From NCBI GenBank assembly GCA_039812025.1, contig JBDHZS010000001.1:1429-65428 (forward strand): a stretch of DNA of 64,000 nt, written 5' to 3'. The DNA comes from Nocardioides sp. (GTDB lineage: Bacteria; Actinomycetota; Actinomycetes; Propionibacteriales; Nocardioidaceae). The notes under the pieces are model-generated. The model saw nothing but the letters and a program-made list of their open reading frames with translations. It made no database searches and was not told where the DNA came from. The translations under genes were made by a program, and so were the position numbers. Shown in pieces: positions 17,658 through 26,962 of this stretch (position 1 is the stretch's first letter; every line of letters starts with the position of its first letter).

Positions 17658-18055
17658 AGTGACAGCCCGTGGTCTGCGGAGGTGCGTGACACGGGTGGCT
17701 CAGGAAACTCGCGGTGGTAGGCAAGGATCGCTTCCGCCTCGTGGGCGTTGGCGATGACCTCGCCGACCTGGCGCACCATCTCGCCGGCTCGGTGGAGATC
17801 CCACGACACTCGGTACGCCGCCGAACGAGCTTTCGGTGAGTCCATCGGTTTCCACTCCGTCTGCTTCTGACGTCCGTCGTGGAACGCTGCGATCTGGTGC
17901 AGCGACTGGCTCAGCGACGCAACCGCTGAGGTGAGTGACCCGAGCACCGAGTAGATGTCGCGCGGGTCATCGATGGAACGTGTCGCGTGCGCCAGAGCGC
18001 GCAGCGCGGTCTGGACTTCGTCGGCGTCGGCCGCCGGGTTCTCGAACGTGGGCAT
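17654..18055 (-). CDS. Hypothetical protein, 133 aa
   Basis: AAGGAGG RBS; overlaps the virB4 start. Confidence 0.8.
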   Translation of the reverse strand: MPTFENPAADADEVQTALRALAHATRSIDDPRDIYSVLGSLTSAVASLSQSLHQIAAFHDGRQKQTEWKPMDSPKARSAAYRVSWDLHRAGEMVRQVGEVIANAHEAEAILAYHREFPEPPVSRTSADHGLSL

Positions 18056-18089
18056 CGGAACCTCCTTGTGGGTGGAACACTTTGGAGGG

Positions 18090-18098
18090 CAGGTGTGC
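18090..18098 (-). promoter_or_regulatory. GCACACCTG motif upstream of the virB4 operon
   Basis: Exact 9-mer 34 nt before ATG, followed by anti-SD CCCTCC. Confidence 0.65.
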
Positions 18099-18128
18099 GC
18101 GGGGCGCCAAAGAAGGGAGCTGTGATTC

Positions 18129-18617
18129 GTGACCGACCCGATGTCTCGCGTTGTCGCGCGTTTCAACCATGCGCTTCAGATGGTCAGTGACCTCATTCCG
18201 TTCACCGACGCGGCCGACCTCCCTGAGCCGGTCCGTATCGCATGTCTGGAGGACTGGTTCACGAACTACCGAATGCTCGTCGAGTTCCTTGTCATCGGAG
18301 TTCCCAAGAACTGTGCGAGTGCCCAGAGCCTCTTGCCTGGATGGAAGCCGTCGACATCGCAGGAGTTGAAGCGGCTGCGGGCCGACTATGGTTTTGCCTC
18401 GGAGCATGTGTCCCACATCGGATGGCCGAAACCCACGGCGTTGGAGCAGAACGTCGCGCCAGCCATTCTTCAGGTCAAGGCCGCTTTCCTTCTCGATGTG
18501 GTTGACGAGTTCGTGGACGCGCTCAAGAGCGTCGACCACGACTTTGCTGACTGGGTTGAACTGGCAGCCAGTCGGGCGCGGAAGACACTCATTGACCCGT
18601 CATACCCCTCGGCATAG
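18129..18617 (+). CDS. Hypothetical cargo protein, HEPN-like helical
   Basis: ACLEDWFTNYRMLVEFL...ASEHVSHIG; counter-oriented to the backbone. Confidence 0.7.
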   Translation: MTDPMSRVVARFNHALQMVSDLIPFTDAADLPEPVRIACLEDWFTNYRMLVEFLVIGVPKNCASAQSLLPGWKPSTSQELKRLRADYGFASEHVSHIGWPKPTALEQNVAPAILQVKAAFLLDVVDEFVDALKSVDHDFADWVELAASRARKTLIDPSYPSA

Positions 18618-20063
18618 CGGGAGTGCCGCAGCGCTGAATGCCTGGGCTTGCTGGCCCCAGAGTCGTCTGGTCTCGCATGAGGCTTGGATCGCTGCCTGTT
18701 CGAGGTCGGCGATCGCGCGTTCGAGCTCGTCGGGGTCACCGGCGCTGACGGCGATGAGGCCGGTCGTGCGGAGGATGCCGTGGCCGGCGGTCAGGTCGGC
18801 TTCCTGCTGGAGGACGTCGTTGTACTCGGCGGACTGTTGGGCGTCCTCGATCTGGCCGATGCGTTGGCGTTGGGCGGCGTCGGAGATGTACTCGGTCTTC
18901 TTCTTGCGGATGTCGCGCGCGGCCTGGTCGGTGCGCATCGGGGTGTAGAGCAGGGTGAAGGTTCGGCGTACGCCCGACGACAGTAGGACCGGGGCGAGGA
19001 AGCCCGGGTAGACGAGGGACCGCGGCCATTCGCTGATCCAGAGCACGCAGTGGTGTGCGGAGTCGGAGCGCACGCTCGACCAGTTCTCGGTGACGGCGAC
19101 CGGACCGGCGGTGGCGAGGTCGCGGCCGAGGTCGCCGTGGCGCTCCAGGGCACCTGCCACGACGGGGTCGTACGCTGAGCGCAGGATGACCGCGAGGTCG
19201 CCCGGCTCCAGCCACCCCGAGGGGGCGAGGTCGGCGGCCCTCAGGGCAGCGGTCATGGTCGACATCTCCTGCCTCAGCACTGCCGCAGCTCCACGATTGC
19301 CTCCACCAGCAGCTCGGATCGCGCGGCCTGCTGCCTTCATGTCGAGGGAGATTGAGACGGTGCTGGCGTGACGCTCACCGGCCGGTCCGGCTCGGTTGAT
19401 GAGTTCGCCGTACGTCGACGATGTCCACGAGTCGTCGTGGCGACCGTGCTGGGACCACCACTCGGCCAGGCCTTTGCCGGAGTCGGGCAGGGTCCGCTCC
19501 ATGACCTGCAAAGAGGCGATGCGTCCCGAGCGGCAGGCGGTGGCGAGGACGCGGCCCCAGCTCGTGACTCGGCGTTGCTGTTCGAGTGGGTCGAGCAGGA
19601 TGAACGCGGGGTGGGTGACGCCGATGATGGCGGTGAGTGTTGCGGCGTGCGGGTCGTGGACCATCACTGCACCGGACTCGGGATCAAGCCACTGGCGCAG
19701 TCGGGCCGCGTCACCTGGCAACGACAGTGTGCCCGCAGGGCGCGGTCTGACGATGTGGCGGCGGAACAGCAGTTGTCCGCCGGTCGAGCGCCACAGCCAC
19801 TTGGTCACGACGGGGAGCCACTCGACGATCTTGCGACCACCGACGCCTACGAACGCCAATGCTGAGCAGAGGAGGAGGACCGGGGCGACGTACAGCAGCG
19901 ACGGCCCGCCGCCGAAGTAGAGCGCGAACACCAGGACGATCGCTCCGAATCCGACGACGACGAGTTGGGATCCGGATAGGCCGAGGAGAATGCCACGTCG
20001 GGTGAGGCGGGAGAACTTCACCGGCGCGAGCTCGTAGTCGCGGGTAGCCGCTTGGTTGCTCAT
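18600..20063 (-). CDS. PrgI/VirB3-like membrane protein (SCO6880 family)
   Basis: VKFSRLTRRGILLGLS plus 2 TM; WISEWPR; Q..AF.AAALPL C-terminus; lies between virB6 and virB4. Confidence 0.82.
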   Translation of the reverse strand: MSNQAATRDYELAPVKFSRLTRRGILLGLSGSQLVVVGFGAIVLVFALYFGGGPSLLYVAPVLLLCSALAFVGVGGRKIVEWLPVVTKWLWRSTGGQLLFRRHIVRPRPAGTLSLPGDAARLRQWLDPESGAVMVHDPHAATLTAIIGVTHPAFILLDPLEQQRRVTSWGRVLATACRSGRIASLQVMERTLPDSGKGLAEWWSQHGRHDDSWTSSTYGELINRAGPAGERHASTVSISLDMKAAGRAIRAAGGGNRGAAAVLRQEMSTMTAALRAADLAPSGWLEPGDLAVILRSAYDPVVAGALERHGDLGRDLATAGPVAVTENWSSVRSDSAHHCVLWISEWPRSLVYPGFLAPVLLSSGVRRTFTLLYTPMRTDQAARDIRKKKTEYISDAAQRQRIGQIEDAQQSAEYNDVLQQEADLTAGHGILRTTGLIAVSAGDPDELERAIADLEQAAIQASCETRRLWGQQAQAFSAAALPLCRGV

Positions 20064-20066
20064 TGT

Positions 20067-21383
20067 TCAGACCTTCTTGCTGTTGGCCTGGGCCGGGATC
20101 GAGTCCGCGACGTGAGGCGGCAGCGGTGCGCCGTCCGGTGCTACAGGTGTCTTCTGTGCCGCGTCTGTCTGCTGGGATGCGGCGCCACCCACGGCTCTTC
20201 CAGTGCGGACGCCAGCGGTGGCGGCTTCCTTGGCCACGACAACGCCGGCCGCGACGCCTCCCGCTGCCGCGCCACCGGCGGCAGCGCCTCCGCCACCGGA
20301 GGATGCGCCGGCGGTGCCGGTCGGCGGACCGGTGCCCTTGGCGGGCGCGGCCGGTGCCGGTGAACCGCCAGAGCCACCCGATCCGCTCCCATCGGCGCCG
20401 CTCGACCCGCCGTCGAGCACCTTGCTCGGCTGGGAACTCGGCGCGCGGTTCATCGGGATCGGCATGGGCCGGTTGAGCGCCGACTTGCCCTCCTGCTCGG
20501 CTGACATCGCGTGGTACATGTCGAAGCCCATGAAGTTGATCGCCTTGTAGGTCATGTACGGCGCGAACCCGGCCATGAGCATCAGCACGACACCCGCGAT
20601 CGGCTCGGAGACGGACTGGATGTCGCCGTCGATGGGAGCGGAGATCTGCGCGGTGGCGAGGAGGAAGATCACCACCAGGACGACCTTTGAGACGATCAGC
20701 GCGATCACGAACGACGCCCACTTGCTGACCCAGCCGCGAGTGTGGTCCCAGCTCGACCCGGCCAGCGCGATCGGAGCGAACACGATCGCGATCAGCAGCA
20801 GCGCTTTGCGGACCAGCAGGCTGATCCACACGATGCCCGCAGCGCCGATGGCGAGGCCGGCGATGAAGATCGTCAGGATCGCGCCCGCACCGGGAGCGGC
20901 GAGGTTCATCCCGACCAGGCCCGTGGTCAGTAGTGCGATGCGGTCGCCCATCTGCTCCATGTTGGTCCCTGCCGCCTTGACGATGCCGATGCAGAGTTGG
21001 TCAGTGACTTCCAATGCCGTCGCCAGCAGGGCGAGCGCGACGAAGGAGCCGAGGATCGACTTCGCCAGCCCGAGTGCTGCTCGCGACAGTGCGGCGGGTT
21101 CTCGGCGGATCATGCCGCCGATCAATTGGAGCATGAAGAAGCCGAGCATGATGAAGACGGCGACGCCGAAGAGGATGTTGTAGACCTTCGTGTACTGGCT
21201 GCTGGTGACGTCGACCATCGTGGTCGAGTCGAAGACCTTCCACACCGCTTCGAACATCCAGCCCGCCGCGTGCCCCATTCCCTGAGCCAGCCAGTCGAAC
21301 GGCGCAGACACCAGAGCTCCGGCCGCGTCGCCCGCGACGTCGCAGACTCCAGAGATGACAGGTACGTCGCAGACGTCGACCAT
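20067..21383 (-). CDS. virB6: VirB6/TrbL-like polytopic membrane protein
   Basis: Multiple TM helices with LVRKALLLIAIVFAPIALAG, Gly/Ala-rich tail, T4SS context. Confidence 0.82.
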   Translation of the reverse strand: MVDVCDVPVISGVCDVAGDAAGALVSAPFDWLAQGMGHAAGWMFEAVWKVFDSTTMVDVTSSQYTKVYNILFGVAVFIMLGFFMLQLIGGMIRREPAALSRAALGLAKSILGSFVALALLATALEVTDQLCIGIVKAAGTNMEQMGDRIALLTTGLVGMNLAAPGAGAILTIFIAGLAIGAAGIVWISLLVRKALLLIAIVFAPIALAGSSWDHTRGWVSKWASFVIALIVSKVVLVVIFLLATAQISAPIDGDIQSVSEPIAGVVLMLMAGFAPYMTYKAINFMGFDMYHAMSAEQEGKSALNRPMPIPMNRAPSSQPSKVLDGGSSGADGSGSGGSGGSPAPAAPAKGTGPPTGTAGASSGGGGAAAGGAAAGGVAAGVVVAKEAATAGVRTGRAVGGAASQQTDAAQKTPVAPDGAPLPPHVADSIPAQANSKKV

Positions 21384-21411
21384 CGTCGTACTCCTCTCGG
21401 CTCGGCCCCGG

Positions 21412-21729
21412 TCAGACCTGCTGGCCGACGTTCCAGAAGAAGTTGACGAGCGCGACGGACGCGCCGGTGATGATCGCGGCGCCGAGGCCGACGAGGACGC
21501 CGAACTTGCCGCGGCCCGCCAGGTGGGGGTTGGACGAGTTCGCGCCGAGCGCCCACACGATCGCGGAGATGATGAGGGCGAGTACGGCGAGAATGAGCCC
21601 GACGGTCATCGACGCTCCGACGATGTTCTTGAGCTGGCCGATGCCGGGCAGGCCGTTGGAGTTCGGGCCGATGTTGATGTCCTGCGGCAACAGCGACACA
21701 ACCGTGGTGGGTAGACCGAGATGGATCAC
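21412..21729 (-). CDS. VirB2-like pilin (DUF6112-like)
   Basis: Two TM segments, NGLPG, ANSSNP..AGRGK; AGGAGG RBS. Confidence 0.75.
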   Translation of the reverse strand: MIHLGLPTTVVSLLPQDINIGPNSNGLPGIGQLKNIVGASMTVGLILAVLALIISAIVWALGANSSNPHLAGRGKFGVLVGLGAAIITGASVALVNFFWNVGQQV

Positions 21730-21765
21730 GGTGTCCTCCTGGGTGAGTGGATGGGTTCACTCGCT

Positions 21766-21806
21766 CAGGTGTTCTCACAGGTCCTCCGCGAATGTCGGAG
21801 GTGTGC
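21766..21806 (-). promoter_or_regulatory. Two motif variants, GAACACCTG (21766-21774) and GCACACCTC (21798-21806), upstream of the pilin-virB6 operon
   Basis: Each matches 8/9 positions; proximal copy is 36 nt before GTG. Confidence 0.55.
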
Positions 21807-21820
21807 GGAACAATGTCGGT

Positions 21821-23104
21821 GTGGACGAGGAACGGGCATCGGAGGACAGCGGGCTGGTTGCTGCCGAAGGCGGCGAGCACGTCGTGATCAGAGACGGAGA
21901 TAGCCTCGCGGTCATCGGTGAACCCAGCGCCGTTGAGCAGTACCTCCGTCGAGCGGGTCTTTGGGAGGATTCGGCGCGCCTGGACCTGAGTTGGCTTCGT
22001 CCGCTGCTCATGTTCGGTGCAGACGCGGCAGACGCGGTGGCCGACGCGGCAGCAAGCTCGGGTCGTTGGGTGAAGTTGACGAAAGAGTCAGCGGAGGCCG
22101 TCGATGAGCATGGCTTCATGGACACGAAGACGCCGGGTGTGCGTTGGTTGATGGCCGGGAAGCGCGGCGACATCAGCAAGTGGCTTGCGACAGAGACCGG
22201 CCCGATCGCTTCCAACGTCACCAACCCGCAGACCCTCGGTGGCCTTGGATCCCTCCTCTCGAATGCCGCAGGGGCGATGGCCCAGATGGAGCGGAAGCAG
22301 GAGGTCCGTGAACTCACGGAACTCCTCACCGCCATTGACGGGAAGCTCGACGACCTGCGACGGGGTCAGCGGGATGCTGTTCTCGCGAAGTTGGATGGAG
22401 TCTCGTTCGCAATCGGCGAAGCCATGAGCATCCGCGAGAAGACAGGACACGTATCTGCGCCGTCGTGGTCGAAGGTGCAGCATCTGACCGCCGACATCGC
22501 GGAGATCGAGTCGAACGCCATCCGAGCGCTCGACGCGCTGGCGTCAAAGGCCGGCTCGGCCGCGAAGGTTCGGGCGCTTGCGAAGCTCGCGCCCGAGATC
22601 GCAAGCGAAGTGGACGTCTGGCTGTCGGTGCTCGCGCGGTGCTTCCAGTTACACGAGGAGGCCGCCGTTCTCGAACTCGACCATGTCCGAGAGGTGGCAC
22701 CCCAGGATCTCGATGGACACCGCCTTGTACTGAATGAGTCGCGGGACGGACTGCGCGAGCGCATTACCCAAACGACGGTTGGGTTGGTTCGAAGGCTCGA
22801 CCAGGCGGCCAGTGATGCCGACCTCGAAGTCCTGCTCCACTCCCGCAGCGTCCGGGCCATCGTGCAGTCGAGCAACCAGATCGGTGACTCCGTGATCGCG
22901 TTCCACGGCCCGTTGGGCATCGAGACCGATCGCGAGCTCGTGTCTTCGACCCGTTGGCGGTCCGCCCTGGCGAACCCTCAGCAGCTCAAGGTGGCCGCCA
23001 AAGAGGCCGGAACGAAGACGCTGTACGGAGCAGGAGCCGCTGCCTTGACAGTCGCGAGCATCGTGACGGCCCGAGCGGCAAGCGAGAAGGACTACAGAGC
23101 GTAG
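21821..23104 (+). CDS. Hypothetical alpha-helical/coiled-coil cargo protein
   Basis: Probable GTG start at 21821 within ORF 21443..23104; counter-oriented to the backbone. Confidence 0.8.
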   Translation: MDEERASEDSGLVAAEGGEHVVIRDGDSLAVIGEPSAVEQYLRRAGLWEDSARLDLSWLRPLLMFGADAADAVADAAASSGRWVKLTKESAEAVDEHGFMDTKTPGVRWLMAGKRGDISKWLATETGPIASNVTNPQTLGGLGSLLSNAAGAMAQMERKQEVRELTELLTAIDGKLDDLRRGQRDAVLAKLDGVSFAIGEAMSIREKTGHVSAPSWSKVQHLTADIAEIESNAIRALDALASKAGSAAKVRALAKLAPEIASEVDVWLSVLARCFQLHEEAAVLELDHVREVAPQDLDGHRLVLNESRDGLRERITQTTVGLVRRLDQAASDADLEVLLHSRSVRAIVQSSNQIGDSVIAFHGPLGIETDRELVSSTRWRSALANPQQLKVAAKEAGTKTLYGAGAAALTVASIVTARAASEKDYRA

Positions 23105-23134
23105 AGCGGGCCGCTCGGGCACAACCCGAGATGC

Positions 23135-23875
23135 TCAGTCGCCGAGCCCGATGGCGGAATGCGCGGCGCTGCGGGTGAGCTCCGGCCGGAGGTCGTGCGG
23201 GTGACGAAGGCACTTCGCACCCTCGACAACTCGGTCCGGGTCGACGGCGGTGTGCGAGAGGTCGTAGCCGCCCCACGGCGAGCGGCCGGGGACGTGCCGC
23301 GTGCCGTAGGGCCGACGCTCGGTGATGATCGGGGCGCCAGGCACTTGCATGGACTTCGGGTAGTGCTCGCCGATCCAATTCTCCGCACCCTTTGACAAGC
23401 CGTCCTTGTCCATCACCCGCAGTCGCGACGGCACGATCGGCAGCTTGCGCCAACCGGGTAGCGCGTGGTCGTGCCACATCTCGACCGCGTCGTTCTCACT
23501 GTCTGTGATTCCGTTCCACCCGCACGGCTCGCAAATCGCCTGGTACATCAGATCGCCCAGGCACGTGCAGCCTCCGTGCTTCTCGGCGTGTTTCCAAGGC
23601 TCGCAGCGCAGGTCGGCCGTGTAGAGGACGAATCCGTGCCCGGTGACCTGGTCGCTCTCGGGGACGGTGATCGAGCGGTGCCACATCCGGCTGTTGACGT
23701 GGGTCTTGTCGTGGGCGTGGAGGAACTGCCAGTGCTCGAAGGCGGCATCGAGCTCGGCCGGCGGGTAGTACGCCGTGGTGAAGTGCAGCGGAGCGCCGGT
23801 CCACTCGGGCGCGGCCTCGACCGCCGCGTCGTGGAGCATGCCCTCGATGTCGAAGGCGAGTTGCTCGTCGTTCAC
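23135..23875 (-). CDS. Hypothetical protein with Cys/His motifs
   Basis: GTG overlaps the upstream stop; CEPCGW, WHDHA, GTRHVPGRSPWGGYD. Confidence 0.75.
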   Translation of the reverse strand: MNDEQLAFDIEGMLHDAAVEAAPEWTGAPLHFTTAYYPPAELDAAFEHWQFLHAHDKTHVNSRMWHRSITVPESDQVTGHGFVLYTADLRCEPWKHAEKHGGCTCLGDLMYQAICEPCGWNGITDSENDAVEMWHDHALPGWRKLPIVPSRLRVMDKDGLSKGAENWIGEHYPKSMQVPGAPIITERRPYGTRHVPGRSPWGGYDLSHTAVDPDRVVEGAKCLRHPHDLRPELTRSAAHSAIGLGD

Positions 23876-24162
23876 AATGTCGCGCCCATGTCGAGCAGCC
23901 AGTTGGCCCACGCGAGCGCGCCGCCCGTGAGGACCGCGCCGCCGAGCGCGACGAAGAGGCCGGTCTTGCCTTTGCTGGCCGTCTGCCAGCTCCCGTTCGA
24001 GGAGCCGATCGCCCACGTCGCCGCGCAGATGATGACCATGAGCATGGAAACGATCAGGCCGTAGGTCAGCAGGGCGCCGACTATGGCGCGCAGTTGGCTG
24101 GCGCCCCCGACGGCACCGAAGTCGGGGCCGACGAGAGGGAGCACGAGGGACAAGGTCTTCAT
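23872..24162 (-). CDS. Second VirB2-like pilin (DUF6112-like)
   Basis: Paralogous to 21412..21729 (WAIGSSNG..ASKGK); preceded by TAGCACCTG-N6-ATG. Confidence 0.75.
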   Translation of the reverse strand: MKTLSLVLPLVGPDFGAVGGASQLRAIVGALLTYGLIVSMLMVIICAATWAIGSSNGSWQTASKGKTGLFVALGGAVLTGGALAWANWLLDMGATL

Positions 24163-24174
24163 GGTCGTCAGGTG

Positions 24175-25260
24175 CTATGCCCGAGCTGTCCAGTGCACGT
24201 GATCGAAGTGTCCGCCGGTTACGTCGGCCGGGTTGTGCATCCCTCCGCCGTCGTAGGGGCGCCAGCCTTCGGCGGCTCGTGCAACCGACCAGATGCGGCC
24301 TTGCCAGATGAGGTATTCGACGCCGAGGGTCTTGGCGTTGTCCTTGAGCCAGTTGGTGACCTTCCAGCCGTAGTCGAGCGCGTGTCCGGTCGCGGCGGTG
24401 CCGATTGAGTTCCCGAATGTGCCGTCGCAGGCCCGTCCGAGTGGGTGCTCGGACTTGGTCCCGGGTCGCGGCGACCAGCAGGCCCAGTGGGAGTCGGGGA
24501 AGTTCTTCTGGACCTGGGCGAGGATGTGCGCGGTCCGCTTGGTGATCTGGCCGTCCGAGGTCGGGTCATCGACCAGGTCGCCGGAGTTGTTGCCGTTGTA
24601 CGGCGATGCTGTGCCACCGTTGCTGCATCCTGCGTCGCCCGTGGCTGAGCCACCCTCCACGTCGGCTGCGCCGTTGGAGGCCAGCCACGGCTCCGGGTCG
24701 ACGGGTGCAGCGTCGGCACCGCCGGGGCGGACCTCGAAGTGAAGGTGTGAGCCTGTGGAGTAGCCGTCGCTGCCGACGTCAGCGATGTACTGCCCAGCAG
24801 TCACCGTGTCGCCGACTTTGACGTGGATGCCGCCGGCGTACATGTGCGCGTATCCGGTCGCGACTCGCTTCCCGTCGACGGTGTGCTCGATCAGGATGAG
24901 ATGGCCGTATCCGGTGGCCGGCGCAGCGAAGGCCACGCGACCGTCGGCTGCGGCAAGGATGTGCGTTCCGCTGGGAGCGGCGAAGTCGACGCCGGTGTGC
25001 AGCTTGCGTACTCCGGTGATCGGGTGAACGCGCATTCCGAAGCCGCTGGTCCGGACCCATGTGCCGGCCGGGAGCGGGAAGACCACCCGCGCCGTCTCCG
25101 GCAGGGTCCCCTCGACGGTGGAGACCGACGAGGTCGATGGCGCGATGAGGCATCCGTTGTGCGCTTGGGCGGCTGGGCTGAGCAACGCCCCGAGCCCGAG
25201 TAGGAGGCTGGCAGGCGCGAACAGCAGTGTGACCATTCCGAGGGCGGCGACCTTGCCCAT
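24175..25260 (-). CDS. Conjugation peptidoglycan hydrolase: M23 peptidase plus second metallopeptidase-like domain
   Basis: Signal/TM, HTGVD and HLH (M23); SEHPLGRACD...HFDHVH. Confidence 0.9.
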   Translation of the reverse strand: MGKVAALGMVTLLFAPASLLLGLGALLSPAAQAHNGCLIAPSTSSVSTVEGTLPETARVVFPLPAGTWVRTSGFGMRVHPITGVRKLHTGVDFAAPSGTHILAAADGRVAFAAPATGYGHLILIEHTVDGKRVATGYAHMYAGGIHVKVGDTVTAGQYIADVGSDGYSTGSHLHFEVRPGGADAAPVDPEPWLASNGAADVEGGSATGDAGCSNGGTASPYNGNNSGDLVDDPTSDGQITKRTAHILAQVQKNFPDSHWACWSPRPGTKSEHPLGRACDGTFGNSIGTAATGHALDYGWKVTNWLKDNAKTLGVEYLIWQGRIWSVARAAEGWRPYDGGGMHNPADVTGGHFDHVHWTARA

Positions 25261-25263
25261 TGC

Positions 25264-25947
25264 TCAGTCCAAGGGCTTGTCGAGCATCGACAGCCGGAGC
25301 AGGTGGCACTCGGGGTACGAGGGGCCGCAGACGAGGAAGATCGTGAACACGACGTCGTGTTGAGAGGCGACCGGTTCGCCTTCCCAGATCCCTGCGCGAT
25401 GCCGAGTGCCGTGGATCGTCAGGGCGGTCGTTCCCGGTAGCAACTCGCCACCGGCCTGGACTTGGGCTTCGGCCCACTTGGTCGGCGTGTTCACCGAGTC
25501 GACAGTGAGCCACTGGCGGGTCTCGTATTTCGCCAGCTCGACCCAGGCGTCCTGCGTGGGCAGGTAGTTGTCGAGGTCGGCGACCAGGCCGGGGGTCGAC
25601 TCGCCGGTCGGATCGGCAACGCCGACGAGTTGCTCGATGTGATCGGTGCGGGTCAGGAGTGTGGCGGTGTCCCAGGCGAACATTGCTTCCGCCACCTGCC
25701 GGGCGAAGGTCTCGGGATCCGAGGTCGGGCGGAGTGCCGGGAGTTCGGTGACCGCAGGCTTCGTCTCGACCGGCGTCAGCTCGGCCGTGTCCTGCGCGGT
25801 GTCGATCTGTGCGTTGGTGCTCGGCGAGTGTGCCCGGTGGACCAGGAGGGCGTACGTCACGAACGCGATCAGCAACAGTGCGGCTGCGATGCCGGCGACG
25901 ATGAGGCGGCGTCGGCGGAGGTCGTCGGGAGTGGTCGGATAGAGCAT
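25264..25947 (-). CDS. Bitopic membrane protein of the transfer region (possibly VirB8-like)
   Basis: RRRR plus single TM, FA..VAEAMFAWDT; upstream of the hydrolase. Confidence 0.7.
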   Translation of the reverse strand: MLYPTTPDDLRRRRLIVAGIAAALLLIAFVTYALLVHRAHSPSTNAQIDTAQDTAELTPVETKPAVTELPALRPTSDPETFARQVAEAMFAWDTATLLTRTDHIEQLVGVADPTGESTPGLVADLDNYLPTQDAWVELAKYETRQWLTVDSVNTPTKWAEAQVQAGGELLPGTTALTIHGTRHRAGIWEGEPVASQHDVVFTIFLVCGPSYPECHLLRLSMLDKPLD

Positions 25948-25972
25948 CGGCTTGCCTTCGAGAGTCGGGTGG

Positions 25973-26962
25973 TCACGACTCAGGTGTGCCGCCCGACTCC
26001 TTCGCGAGGGAGACTGCTTCGGCGAATGCTTTGGTCTCGTCGATCACGCGTAGGAACAGCGCCCAGTCGTCGGGCTTGATCTCGCGGGCGATTTGCTCGA
26101 CGTCGTACTTCTTCGACCAGCCGTCCATTTCGGCCCACTTGAGGTTGAAGGAGCGGGTCGAGCGCTTCCGGTTTGCTGCTTCTGCCTGGCGGCGTGCACG
26201 GTTCTCCCGGGCGCGACGGAGGCGGTCCTCATGCTCATCTTTGACGGCGTCGTCCAGGTGCTCGTCGAGGGGAGCATCGCCGGGCTTCATTAGTTCGTAG
26301 AGGCGCTTTGCTGCCCTCACGCGCTGGTAGCCAGGGTCAACGGGACCGCCGTTGCGGATGAGTGCCAGCTCGTCTTCGGCGACCTTCCGTAGGTCTTTCG
26401 GGAGGTCGCGGTCGGCGGCGATCCGCTCCATTTCCAGGATCTGCTCCAGCCGGTTGTACGACGCCTTCCCGGTCACCATCTCCGCGGCGCGTCGACGGGC
26501 GTCCCCGAGACCGGCAAGCTCCGGCCCCGCCGATTCGGCGGGGCCGGTCTGACCTGCAGTTTTGTCGCTTTCGTGCCCGAACTGGTTGGCCTTCATCCGA
26601 CGCTCCGCGTCCTCTTGGAGCAGGGCCTTCATCTCCTTGTAGAGCGCCGTCGCCTCCATCGTCGACAGTGGCTTGTGGGTGACGTTCTCGTCGCGTTCCG
26701 CCAGGAGCCGGGTCAGCTCGTCGCTGATCCCGGACCTCACCCACACCCGCAAGGTGTTCCACCCGAGCCTCTTGGCGGCTTGGAGGCGTCGGTAGCCACA
26801 GATCAGGTAGCCGTCGGGCGTGATCGTGACGGGCTGGAGCAGGCCGACGCGCTTCAAGGAGTCCATGAGCGGGGTCAGGTCGCCGGGGTCGCGGCGGTGA
26901 CGTTCGCCGACGACGATCGAGGCGATACTGCGTTCGAGTTCGATGTGCCCGCGATCAGACAT
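25973..26962 (-). CDS. ParB-like protein (CTPase domain plus HTH)
   Basis: SLKRVGLLQPVTI, LICGYRRLQAA, DENVTHKPLS, helix pair RRRAAEMVTGKASYNRLEQI. Confidence 0.88.
   Translation of the reverse strand: MSDRGHIELERSIASIVVGERHRRDPGDLTPLMDSLKRVGLLQPVTITPDGYLICGYRRLQAAKRLGWNTLRVWVRSGISDELTRLLAERDENVTHKPLSTMEATALYKEMKALLQEDAERRMKANQFGHESDKTAGQTGPAESAGPELAGLGDARRRAAEMVTGKASYNRLEQILEMERIAADRDLPKDLRKVAEDELALIRNGGPVDPGYQRVRAAKRLYELMKPGDAPLDEHLDDAVKDEHEDRLRRARENRARRQAEAANRKRSTRSFNLKWAEMDGWSKKYDVEQIAREIKPDDWALFLRVIDETKAFAEAVSLAKESGGTPES
25981..25989 (-). promoter_or_regulatory. GCACACCTG motif upstream of the T4SS operon, inside the last codons of the parB-like gene
   Basis: Exact 9-mer 33 nt before ATG 25947. 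Confidence 0.6.
26521..26547. repeat. 27-bp palindrome inside the parB-like gene (candidate parS-like loading site)
   Basis: CCGGCCCCGCCGA-T-TCGGCGGGGCCGG, 13-bp perfect arms; TGACCTGC follows. Confidence 0.7.
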
